IMG/VR virus record: IMGVR_UViG_3300026522_000616
Origin: an uncultured virus (IMG/VR IMGVR_UViG_3300026522_000616)
Taxonomy: Duplodnaviria; Heunggongvirae; Uroviricota; Caudoviricetes
Direction: 5' to 3' (one strand)
Length of the DNA stretch: 55,473 nucleotides
Shown: positions 9,406-17,467 of the stretch, piece by piece
Layout: every line of letters begins with the position of its first letter
Position numbering within the stretch: the first letter of the stretch is position 1
Translations under genes and position numbers: made by a program
Notes under the pieces: generated by a model
Told to the model about the DNA's origin: nothing
Database searches by the model: none
Seen by the model: the letters and a program-made list of their open reading frames with translations, nothing else

Positions 9406-9945
9406 ATGGGTAATGGAATTATGTATAAGATTAATGAAAAATATCCAAATTATAAAATATACGATAATGGAATTATCACAGATTTAAATGATAAACTATT
9501 AAAGGTATTTACTAGTGGTAAGGGATATTTATATGTCAATTTTTATGTAAATAAAAAGACAAAAATTGTTTTTATACATAGACTTGTTGCTTATATGTTT
9601 TGTAAAGGATATAAAGAAGGATTACAAGTAAATCATATCAATGGAATAAAAACTGATAATAGAGCTTGTAATTTGGAATGGGTTACTGCGAAAGAAAATA
9701 TGCAACATAGTGTTAGTACATTAAGAAATTTTATTGGCAGTAAAAATCCTATTGCAAAAAAGATTGATGTATATAATTATAAAACAGGAAACCTTGTAGC
9801 ACATTATGATTGTATAGCTACTATGATAAGAGATTTTTTATGTAAGAATTTAGGGGTTTGTTATCATAGTGCAGAACAAAGTGTATATAGAATTTTAAAA
9901 GGTGTACGAAAATCTTATTATGGATATACATTTAAATATGTATAA
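9406..9945 (+). CDS. free-standing HNH homing endonuclease
   Basis: IHRLVA...VNHINGIKTDNRACNLEWVT. Confidence 0.92.
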   Translation: MGNGIMYKINEKYPNYKIYDNGIITDLNDKLLKVFTSGKGYLYVNFYVNKKTKIVFIHRLVAYMFCKGYKEGLQVNHINGIKTDNRACNLEWVTAKENMQHSVSTLRNFIGSKNPIAKKIDVYNYKTGNLVAHYDCIATMIRDFLCKNLGVCYHSAEQSVYRILKGVRKSYYGYTFKYV

Positions 9946-9975
9946 TATGTTGATAATATAAAATTTATTATAAAT

Positions 9976-10052
9976 CCGCCCGAAGCTCAATTGGTTGAAG
10001 CAAGCGTCTTATACACGATAGGTTCTGGGTTCAAGTCCCAGGGGGCGGACCA
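9976..10052 (+). tRNA. tRNA-Ile(TAT)
   Basis: Loop CTTATAC, A discriminator, CCA. Confidence 0.85.
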
Positions 10053-10121
10053 TTATCATCAAAATAAGGTGAAAATCTTATAATGATGAAAAATTTATAA
10101 ATGATTAAAAATCATTTATCT

Positions 10122-10197
10122 GGCTCCTTAGTCAAGTTGGTTAAGACAACAGGTTTTCATCCTGTCATCGTCGGTTCGAGCCCGGCAGGAGTCACCA
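10122..10197 (+). tRNA. tRNA-Glu(TTC)
   Basis: Loop TTTTCAT, CCA. Confidence 0.93.
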
Positions 10198-10270
10198 GTT
10201 ATCCTATTATCAATACCTTTACGGGGTGGATAACATAAGTACCTGATATAAGGGAAACTAAAATTGATAA
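10198..10270 (+). ncRNA. HDV-like theta ribozyme
   Basis: P1 GTTATCC/GGATAAC starts right after CCA; P2 TTATCAAT/ATTGATAA; J4/2 CTAA. Confidence 0.88.
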
Positions 10271-10281
10271 AACTAAAATAT

Positions 10282-10368
10282 GGGCAGGTGTCCGAGTGGC
10301 TAAAGGAGCCAGACTGTAAATCTGGTGGCTTTATGTCTACGTTGGTTCAAATCCAACTCTGCCCACCA
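10282..10368 (+). tRNA. tRNA-Tyr(GTA)
   Basis: Loop CTGTAAA, long variable arm, CCA. Confidence 0.96.
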
Positions 10369-10369
10369 T

Positions 10370-10445
10370 TCACCAGCAGTCCAGTCGGGGGGACAAATGA
10401 CTATTAATCATTGGGTCGTAGGTTCGACTCCTACCTGGTGAGCCA
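10370..10445 (+). tRNA. tRNA-Asn(ATT), unusual A34
   Basis: Acceptor TCACCAG/CTGGTGA, G discriminator, loop CTATTAA, CCA; position 8 is C. Confidence 0.8.
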
Positions 10446-10447
10446 TA

Positions 10448-10521
10448 TGCAGGATATTGTAAAGGTAACATGGAAGTCTCATAAACTTTCGTTAGTAGTT
10501 CGAGTCTACTTCCTGCACCCA
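10448..10521 (+). tRNA. tRNA-Met/Ile2(CAT)
   Basis: Loop CTCATAA, CCA. Confidence 0.85.
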
Positions 10522-10525
10522 TAAT

Positions 10526-10598
10526 GCGGTATTGGTTTAATGGTAAAACATCATCCTTCCAAGTTGAAATTGTGAGTTCGATTCTCACATACCGCTCC
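10526..10598 (+). tRNA. tRNA-Gly(TCC)
   Basis: Loop CTTCCAA; ends in CC followed by the ribozyme G. Confidence 0.92.
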
Positions 10599-10676
10599 GT
10601 CAATCTATTATTAGTACCTTTTCGTGGTGATTGACATAAGTACCTAACATAAAATTAGGGAAACAAAAACTAATAA
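10599..10676 (+). ncRNA. HDV-like theta ribozyme
   Basis: P1 GTCAATC/GATTGAC, P2 TTATTAGT/ACTAATAA, P4 CCTAA/TTAGG, J4/2 CAAA. Confidence 0.85.
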
Positions 10677-10728
10677 AATCCTTGACAAACATTGTATTAA
10701 GTGGTACAATATAATTGTTAAAGGAAAT

Positions 10729-10805
10729 GGTGGTATAGCCAAGTGGATTAAGGCGACGGTCTGCAAAACCGTTATTCCACAGTTCAAATCTGTGTACCAC
10801 CTCCA
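10729..10805 (+). tRNA. tRNA-Cys(GCA)
   Basis: Loop CTGCAAA, CCA; promoter at 10682. Confidence 0.95.
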
Positions 10806-10813
10806 ATTAAATT

Positions 10814-10888
10814 AGGGGTATAGCTCAATGGCGAGAGCGGTCGGCTTTGACCCGACATATCTTAGTTCAATTCTAAGTACCCCCGCCA
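10814..10888 (+). tRNA. tRNA-Gln(TTG)
   Basis: Loop CTTTGAC, 1:72 mismatch, CCA. Confidence 0.9.
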
Positions 10889-10889
10889 T

Positions 10890-10964
10890 GCTGACGTGGC
10901 GCAAAGGTAGCGCAATTCATTTGTAATGAATCGGTTGTAGGTTCAAGTCCTACCGTTAGCTCCA
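10890..10964 (+). tRNA. tRNA-Thr(TGT)
   Basis: Loop TTTGTAA, CCA. Confidence 0.95.
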
Positions 10965-10990
10965 TTTAAAATTTAAATAATTAAATATAT

Positions 10991-11032
10991 AAGACACTAT
11001 CAGCAAAGAATTATGGGTATAATGTGTCTTGT
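10991..11032 (+). ncRNA. CAGCAA-stem RNA motif copy 4 (minimal)
   Basis: AAGACAC-TAT-CAGCAAAG...TGTGTCTTGT. Confidence 0.6.
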
Positions 11033-11037
11033 AAAAG

Positions 11038-11180
11038 TTATTATTTTGGTTTAATATTTTATTCTTCAATGTGAGACGAGTGGCAAGGTACACCTCGCGC
11101 AAGGTGGTTTAGCGAGAGCTAACGCAAGTCCGAATCTTGCCATTGTTTAAAAAGGTAAAATATTTTATTAAGATAATAAT
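11038..11180 (+). ncRNA. tRNA-like RNA on an extended stem
   Basis: D-like, CACCT/AGGTG, TTAGC/GCTAA and GCAAG-TCCGAAT-CTTGC arms closed by CAATG/CATTG; no CCA. Confidence 0.55.
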
Positions 11181-11184
11181 ATAA

Positions 11185-11220
11185 ATAACCTCAGTTTGGC
11201 GATGACTGAGGTTATTTTAT
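11185..11220 (+). terminator. intrinsic terminator ending the tRNA operon
   Basis: AATAACCTCAGT/ACTGAGGTTATT. Confidence 0.85.
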
Positions 11221-11266
11221 AAAATAATTATTTGACAAATACAAAGAATTGTTGTATAATATATAT

Positions 11267-11525
11267 AGAAATCAAGAAGATAGAATTTTTTGTAGAAGAT
11301 TTATCGGTCCATGTATTTCTTGTTTAACAGAACACGTTATATTAAAAATGTGTCGATACGTAACAAGTGGTTTTCAGATATGTTTTTATAATGCATGACA
11401 AATTCTATAAACGAGAAATGATAAATCTTTATGCTAGATACGAAAGATTTTATTGTATTGGTTTTATTTACAAAAACTACATAATGAAAGAGACAAGGTT
11501 TGATGTAGTTCCTTGTCTCTTTTGT
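11267..11525 (+). ncRNA. putative ~255 nt structured sRNA
   Basis: TTGACA-17-TATAAT 11232-11260, long-range helices, terminator AAAGAGACAAGG/CCTTGTCTCTTT, no ORF. Confidence 0.55.
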
Positions 11526-11528
11526 TAT

Positions 11529-11573
11529 ATGTAATTATCATTTATGTAATTATCATTTATGTAATTATCATTT
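11529..11573. repeat. 15-bp tandem repeat x3 (ATGTAATTATCATTT)
   Basis: Three exact copies running into the -35 TTGACA of the next promoter. Confidence 0.9.
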
Positions 11574-11624
11574 GACATTTTAACCAATAGCATCTTATAA
11601 TAAAAATAAAGGAGTTGAAGTATA

Positions 11625-12125
11625 TTGGAAGAAATTCAGATAGGTCAATCACAAAAACCGATATTGAGATTTCCTGACGGTTCATTTATTTATCAATGCA
11701 GAGGAAAATTCGATGGGTTTATGTTTAAACTAAATAACTATGCAATAAAGGATATAGATTATTTTACTTGCTTGAAACAATTATCAGATAAATATGGAAT
11801 AGATAAAGTATATAATGATTTTATTTTAGTTTATAATATGGTTGGCATAAATATCAATAGTCAGCATTGGTTAGCTATTCGTAATATAGCAGAAACGTAC
11901 AATAAGAAAGATTTTTTAGTTGTAGCTAAATTATTTTGTATTCTTTATGTAACAATGCTTGCAGAACAGAATAACGCTCATGCTATTTTAGGTAAGCGTA
12001 TAAAAAGATTAGGTGTATATCAAATATTGAAACAAAATATGCCAATAATAAAAGCAGTTAATTTTTCTAAAGGAAAAAGTGCAAGATATGATTTAGAACC
12101 TTTGTGTGAAAAATATGGTTTCTAG
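11625..12125 (+). CDS. hypothetical protein
   Basis: AAGGAG RBS, TTG start. Confidence 0.75.
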   Translation: MEEIQIGQSQKPILRFPDGSFIYQCRGKFDGFMFKLNNYAIKDIDYFTCLKQLSDKYGIDKVYNDFILVYNMVGININSQHWLAIRNIAETYNKKDFLVVAKLFCILYVTMLAEQNNAHAILGKRIKRLGVYQILKQNMPIIKAVNFSKGKSARYDLEPLCEKYGF

Positions 12126-12159
12126 GTCTTGACAAATAGATGTGGGCTTGATATAATAG

Positions 12160-12270
12160 AAGATGAAAAGAAAAACTTCTCTCTAAAAGTATTTCTTTTC
12201 AAACTTCCTTTTTATTTGACTTATAATTTTATTTATGGTTAAAGATGAACTTCTTTAACCACTTTTTTTG
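12160..12270 (+). ncRNA. putative ~110 nt sRNA upstream of tnpB
   Basis: TTGACA-17-TATAAT 12129-12157, 5' hairpin, terminator TGGTTAAAGA/TCTTTAACCA plus T run. Confidence 0.5.
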
Positions 12271-12322
12271 TTTACAGCATTGCATATATATGATAAACTA
12301 AAAAGTAAGGTGGTGAAATATT

Positions 12323-13411
12323 TTGCATAAACTTTTTAAATTAAATTTGGATAATTATCAAAAACAACAAATTAAGAATATGCTTTTAGATAATTCGCAA
12401 TTATATCATGAAGCATATCTATGGAAACAAAGTCATAAAGAGCCTTTTCAAACGTCTGTAAGGTACTTAGATTTTGTTCCTGAACGATTGCATAAAGAAT
12501 GTGCCATAAGAACGATTAAACGAGCTACAAAGGCAGATAAAGAGGTTAAATACAGGTATCGTAATATCTATATCAATCCAAATAGGTTTACGAATAATCA
12601 GATTGAATTAAATAATTTAATTATTCCATTTGATATTGATACTAACAAAATAAATATTTTGTCTGCATGGATTATGTACAAAAATAAGGAATATTATTTA
12701 GACTTGGAGATTGGCAAATCAGGAAAACATCATATGATTGCTATAGATGTTGGGGTAGATAATTTGGGAGCTTGTGTGACAAGTTTCGGAGATTCGTTTT
12801 TAGTCGATGGTAAAAAATTAAAAGCATATGATTATTATTGTTTAAAGAAAATTAATTTTTTACAAGGAATTAATTCTGAATCCAAAAAGATTGATAAAAT
12901 AAAGCACAATCATTATCATTATTTGAGAACATATTGTGAAAAAGCATCAAATATTGTAAAACAATACTGTATTGATAACGGTATAGATTTTATTTTGATG
13001 GGTAAAATTCCAACAAAAAAATCATTGTCATATCATACATTTATGGGAATGGATTATAAAAGAGACAATATTACTGCATTTGGTATGTCTTTGTTTGTAA
13101 AAAACATTAAGCATATTTGCAAAGTAAATAAATGGGAGTATTCTTGTATTGCAGAAGATTATAGTTCACAATGCTCTTTTTATGATGATGAAAGTGTAAA
13201 GCAAAGAGATAAACACTTTGGTAGGCGCGTACATCGTGGATTATATCGAACAAAAGATAATAATTATGTAAATGCAGATATTAATGCTGCTTATAATTTT
13301 TTCCGAAAATATGTAGATAACATTGATAATAAGAAAAAGAAAATTATTCAATGGAAAAATTGCAAGCAAAATTTAAAATTGCATACACGTAGAGTAAGAG
13401 TTATTGATTAA
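12323..13411 (+). CDS. tnpB: TnpB-family RuvC nuclease, stand-alone
   Basis: IAIDVGVDNL, AEDYSSQCSFYD, GRRVHRGLYRT, NADINAAYN; no tnpA nearby. Confidence 0.85.
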   Translation: MHKLFKLNLDNYQKQQIKNMLLDNSQLYHEAYLWKQSHKEPFQTSVRYLDFVPERLHKECAIRTIKRATKADKEVKYRYRNIYINPNRFTNNQIELNNLIIPFDIDTNKINILSAWIMYKNKEYYLDLEIGKSGKHHMIAIDVGVDNLGACVTSFGDSFLVDGKKLKAYDYYCLKKINFLQGINSESKKIDKIKHNHYHYLRTYCEKASNIVKQYCIDNGIDFILMGKIPTKKSLSYHTFMGMDYKRDNITAFGMSLFVKNIKHICKVNKWEYSCIAEDYSSQCSFYDDESVKQRDKHFGRRVHRGLYRTKDNNYVNADINAAYNFFRKYVDNIDNKKKKIIQWKNCKQNLKLHTRRVRVID

Positions 13412-13462
13412 AAATACAAGAAAATGATTGACAAAACCGTTTAATCTATGTTATAATAGAGA

Positions 13463-13945
13463 AGTGGGTGAGAAACCCAGATAAGTGCCTGTATTCACTT
13501 AGGGAATTTATGCAAACGGTGAATATTAGTATGAAGGGAATAAACGAGAATAAGAAATCCCTAAAGAATTAAAGTTTTTATATTTTGATAATTTATAGAT
13601 AGTCTAAACACAAAAGACTATTCATCAATAAAAAGAGTTTCCCTATCTTTTTAGTTCTTGCCAAAGGACGGTATTTATAGATAGCGATATATAAATACGT
13701 TGATGAAACAGTAAGGATTGGCGTTTTTACTGTTAAACGATAATGTCAGAATACGTTTTGGATTATTATAGGATATAAAAACATTCTTTTAAACAGTTCT
13801 TGTTCCAATGTGTAAAAGAACTTTTCAAGGTGCTTGACGCAGTATGCGGGATACAAATAAAATAAAACATACAAAAGGTTCTTTTGTGGATAACGAATTA
13901 TCAAAGTACTTGTATAAGTATATAACTTTTATTTCTCCTTTCATA
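13463..13945 (+). ncRNA. large ornate ncRNA (core 13483-13835)
   Basis: Own promoter 13428-13457; eight or more helices including pseudoknots; no credible ORF. Confidence 0.65.
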
Positions 13946-14002
13946 AAAGTTTTGGTAATTGTTATCCATTTTTCTATATATATTGGAAAGAAGGTTTGTA
14001 AT

Positions 14003-14176
14003 ATGAATTGGTTGGTAATTTTAGTATTAATGTGGCTAATTATTTTTTGGTTAATTGTTGGCTTTGGATGGTATTTCTGCGGGTTTATGCAAATGGTAAT
14101 ATATGTATTGGCATATATGTTTATTACATTTGGAGTTTTCCTATTATCTTTACAAGGTGTTAATGATGAAAATTAA
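14003..14176 (+). CDS. small two-TM membrane protein
   Basis: AGAAGG RBS; two hydrophobic segments. Confidence 0.55.
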   Translation: MNWLVILVLMWLIIFWLIVGFGWYFCGFMQMVIYVLAYMFITFGVFLLSLQGVNDEN

Positions 14177-14382
14177 AGAAATGCACATTGTATTTGAAAA
14201 CTTTGAAATATTAAAAATTCCATATCAATATGTTGGTCAAATGAGATTAGACTATATTACAGATAGTATTATTTCTAATGGGGATATGGTTATTAGGATA
14301 AACAAAAATCATTGACAAATTAATTTATATATGATAAACTGTAAATAGTTGGATGGTTATTGTATGTAAGGAGAGGTAATCA

Positions 14383-14742
14383 ATGAAAAGCAGAGTTATT
14401 AATACGAAAAATTTTGAGTGGAATAAAGAAAATAAACAGTTCATTGGCTATACGAGTAAATTGAAACCGAGTCTTTTTTATGGCAATAAAGAAAGAGAAG
14501 GGTATATTTGGTTGCAGAGTCAATGGACAAATAAAATGTCTAAATGGATTCTTCAAAACGAAACAATGAAAGATAATCAGATTGAGAAATGGGAATTTGT
14601 TCCTGATAATAAATTTGTGGAAAAGTTTTCTAATTTAAAAGATTATACTCTTATTGTAAATTTTGATTCTCATTATAAATTCGGTAAAGCAGCAAAACAA
14701 CGTAATGATGAACTAAATAGAAAAAGAAAGATGAATAAGTAA
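14383..14742 (+). CDS. hypothetical protein
   Basis: Promoter plus AGGAGAGG RBS. Confidence 0.75.
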   Translation: MKSRVINTKNFEWNKENKQFIGYTSKLKPSLFYGNKEREGYIWLQSQWTNKMSKWILQNETMKDNQIEKWEFVPDNKFVEKFSNLKDYTLIVNFDSHYKFGKAAKQRNDELNRKRKMNK

Positions 14743-14815
14743 CATCTAATATTTTTTATGTATGCTTCTATTCTTTAATTAGATAACACATTGTAAAAAA
14801 GGCAGGTTGTATAAT

Positions 14816-15520
14816 ATGAATAAAAGGCGTTATTTGATTGCAGAAGGTCAATCTGAATATACATATGATGAACTTAGTAAAACTTCAAAAGAGCAAGCAG
14901 TCAATGAAGTAGCGGAAATTCTAAACGAAATGAATGCAGAAGATTTGGTTACTATAGATTTAAATGCTATTACTGTTGATTTGAAAAAAGCAGGTATTCC
15001 TGACGAGAATTTTGAAGTACATATGGGTGAAGATAATCCATTTGATTTTTCTGTTGATATTAAGGATTTTGTATTGGATAGTACAAATCCATTATTTATG
15101 AAAGCAGTTAATGAAGCAGGAATTGATTTAACAGAATTTATTTCTTTTGATAATGAGCGTACTCATAATTCTTTTGAAACAAAAGAACAATCAAAACATT
15201 TAGATGAAAGTAATGCATTAGATTGTTTTGAAAAAGATGGAGTTAAATTTAAGATTAGTGGATTAGTACAAGACTATAAAACCAATATTAAAGTATCTGA
15301 TGTTACAGAATATCAAGATGAAAAAATACATACATTCAATCTAAGAGAACTTGTTGAACAACTTTCTGAAGGGTTAGCTAGTGTATTGGATGAAATTGTT
15401 CTTCACTATGTTGAAAGTTCAGACCAAGAACTTATGGATATGGATTCTGAAGGATATGAACAAGCACAACAAGAAGTTAATGATTATAAATTTGATGTAA
15501 ATGGACATATTGTTCATTAA
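14816..15520 (+). CDS. acidic protein with MNKRRYLIA leader
   Basis: ORF followed by a terminator. Confidence 0.8.
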   Translation: MNKRRYLIAEGQSEYTYDELSKTSKEQAVNEVAEILNEMNAEDLVTIDLNAITVDLKKAGIPDENFEVHMGEDNPFDFSVDIKDFVLDSTNPLFMKAVNEAGIDLTEFISFDNERTHNSFETKEQSKHLDESNALDCFEKDGVKFKISGLVQDYKTNIKVSDVTEYQDEKIHTFNLRELVEQLSEGLASVLDEIVLHYVESSDQELMDMDSEGYEQAQQEVNDYKFDVNGHIVH

Positions 15521-15600
15521 AATTATTTATTAAAAATGCTAAGTGAATATAATTTCACTTAGCATTTTTTCTATACTATATATGAAAATTTAGTATAAGA

Positions 15601-15849
15601 ATGGAGATAAATAATTTTATGGATAATGGTTTTATGCAGTTGAAAGATTGGGAAGATTATCAGTCATTTAATGTAAATAACAAAAAAATGTTAAGAAAAA
15701 TATTGATGGATATGCAAAATTTAATATCGAATCAACAGATGAAAATTTTAAAATTGGAAGATAGAATCAACCGTTTGGAAATAGAAAAACGAAATCTATC
15801 TATAGATATACATCATTTGTATAAACGTATAAACGGAGAAACAATATGA
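15601..15849 (+). CDS. hypothetical coiled-coil protein
   Basis: ORF. Confidence 0.55.
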   Translation: MEINNFMDNGFMQLKDWEDYQSFNVNNKKMLRKILMDMQNLISNQQMKILKLEDRINRLEIEKRNLSIDIHHLYKRINGETI

Positions 15850-16092
15850 TTTATTTTGTTTCAGGAATTTTAATAGGTGCAATAGGAGCGTCTATTGCAA
15901 TTTTTAGTATATCAGGATATACTAAAAAGAAAGGATTTTTTTATAAGCGTAAAAATTCATGAATTTTTGGTGGTATTTATATATATTATTTATATCATTT
16001 GTGATTTGGACAATGATTTGAGAAGAACAAGATGTATATGATATGGAAGTACAAAATTTTCATAATTTTGCTATTGATTTGGGGGAGTAAAT

Positions 16093-16437
16093 ATGCCAGA
16101 AATATATATTGAAGAAATGAAAGATAAAAACTATAAGGATAATATTCTCATTAAAGTATTTTTATATTATATGGAGAATATTGATGATGCAATTCTTAAC
16201 TCTCAGAAGTACGAATCTTTAGTTATAGATACTCTTTCTACAGATTGGTTTAGATTTGATGGAGCAGTATATTCACTTACTGTGGTTTATGTTCATGATA
16301 GTAAGTTGAAAACTGTTTATGTTAACAAACTCGAGAATGAAGAAAGCTATTGCCTCGGGAGTATTGCATTAGTCTGTAAAGAAAAGGCAAATGCTGACCA
16401 TAAATATACTATTAAAATTACAGATATCGATTTTTAA
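16093..16437 (+). CDS. hypothetical protein, paralog of next gene
   Basis: Shared TDWF..YSLT..GSIAL motifs. Confidence 0.8.
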   Translation: MPEIYIEEMKDKNYKDNILIKVFLYYMENIDDAILNSQKYESLVIDTLSTDWFRFDGAVYSLTVVYVHDSKLKTVYVNKLENEESYCLGSIALVCKEKANADHKYTIKITDIDF

Positions 16438-16452
16438 TAAGGGGAGCATATT

Positions 16453-16893
16453 ATGTCGGAATTGAATTTTCAATTTGAAGAAATAAAGGATAAAGAGTAT
16501 GCTATTAATACTCTCAATAAAGTATTTACCTACTATAAGAAAAATTTCGATAATATAATTCTCCTCTTACCAGATTTTGGTTGTTTCTTTTTCAATCCAT
16601 ATTGCACTGATTGGTTTAAATATGGTGGAGATGAATATTCACTTACCATAGTAGATAATCCTGAATGGAAAAGAATTTACGTTTATAGTATAAAGGATGA
16701 ATACGTTTCTAAAGGAAATATTATTTATAAACCCAAGAACGATAAAGTTTATCGTATTGGGAGTATTGCATTACTTGGCGAAGAAAATGTAATTATCAAT
16801 AATAAAGAAGATAATATCCGAATCGTGGATAAAGAGTTTTTCAATAAATTAAATGAAAGAATCGAACTTGCTAAAAAAGAAAAATTTGGTTGA
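16453..16893 (+). CDS. hypothetical protein, paralog of previous gene
   Basis: Shared motifs; GGGGAG RBS. Confidence 0.8.
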   Translation: MSELNFQFEEIKDKEYAINTLNKVFTYYKKNFDNIILLLPDFGCFFFNPYCTDWFKYGGDEYSLTIVDNPEWKRIYVYSIKDEYVSKGNIIYKPKNDKVYRIGSIALLGEENVIINNKEDNIRIVDKEFFNKLNERIELAKKEKFG

Positions 16894-16912
16894 AAAATGA
16901 TGAATATATGAA

Positions 16913-17422
16913 TTAATAATCTTCTAATTCACATATTTGTTCACAACATATATCATCTAATATGTTTAAATCTGTTTCATTAGTGGAACAGATTTTTTGT
17001 ATATAAGAAATAATTTCATTATAATCTGATATATCGCAAATACTAATTTCTTTTTCAATTAAATGAAATAAAAAATCATGGACTTTTTGATATAAAATAC
17101 TGTCATTTAAGTCTTGATAAAATAAATTACCTGCATTGTGATTACATAATTTATACGAATATCCATAAATATATGTTAGCAATTCTTCATATTTTAGGCA
17201 AATAGAATAGTTAAATTGTTTGTTTATAGTTAATGATATTTCTTTAATTGATAAATTTTTATTCCCTTTTAAAACATAGTTGTTATATACTGCGGATTTA
17301 ATATCGTGATTATGTTGCCAAAATCGCCTATTTAATTGTTGAGAGGTACATCCAATATAAATTGGTTGATTTGTTGTACTATCAATTATTTTATAGAAAT
17401 GGTATTTTTTCAATTCATTCAC
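16913..17422 (-). CDS. GIY-YIG nuclease
   Basis: FYKI..IYIGCT..RFWQH..E..N. Confidence 0.8.
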   Translation of the reverse strand: MNELKKYHFYKIIDSTTNQPIYIGCTSQQLNRRFWQHNHDIKSAVYNNYVLKGNKNLSIKEISLTINKQFNYSICLKYEELLTYIYGYSYKLCNHNAGNLFYQDLNDSILYQKVHDFLFHLIEKEISICDISDYNEIISYIQKICSTNETDLNILDDICCEQICELEDY

Positions 17423-17467
17423 TTCCGTTTTAATAATATTATATTAAAAAATTAGAGGTAGATAATA

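Noticed and set aside
8657..10806. Minus-strand ORFs 8657-8896, 8868-9239, 10370-10603 and 10600-10806
   Set aside because: Antisense shadows of tRNA genes
3273..10964. Suppressor tRNA or stop-codon recoding suggested by theta ribozymes
   Set aside because: No CTA/TCA/TTA anticodon in the window; long genes read in code 11, and TAG ends genes at 7390 and 12125
11038..11180. YrlA-type Y RNA
   Set aside because: Arm order is that of a normal tRNA rather than the permuted YrlA layout, and no Ro60 gene is in the window
11529..11573. CRISPR array near TnpB or VapD
   Set aside because: Repeats are contiguous with no spacers; no repeat-spacer array seen anywhere in the window
13463..13945. tmRNA, RNase P RNA or group I intron identity for the large RNA
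   Set aside because: No tRNA-like ends, no GAGGAAAGTCC motif, and no flanking exons
13844..14002. N-terminal extension of ORF 13844-14176
   Set aside because: No RBS; overlaps the ncRNA; better start at 14003
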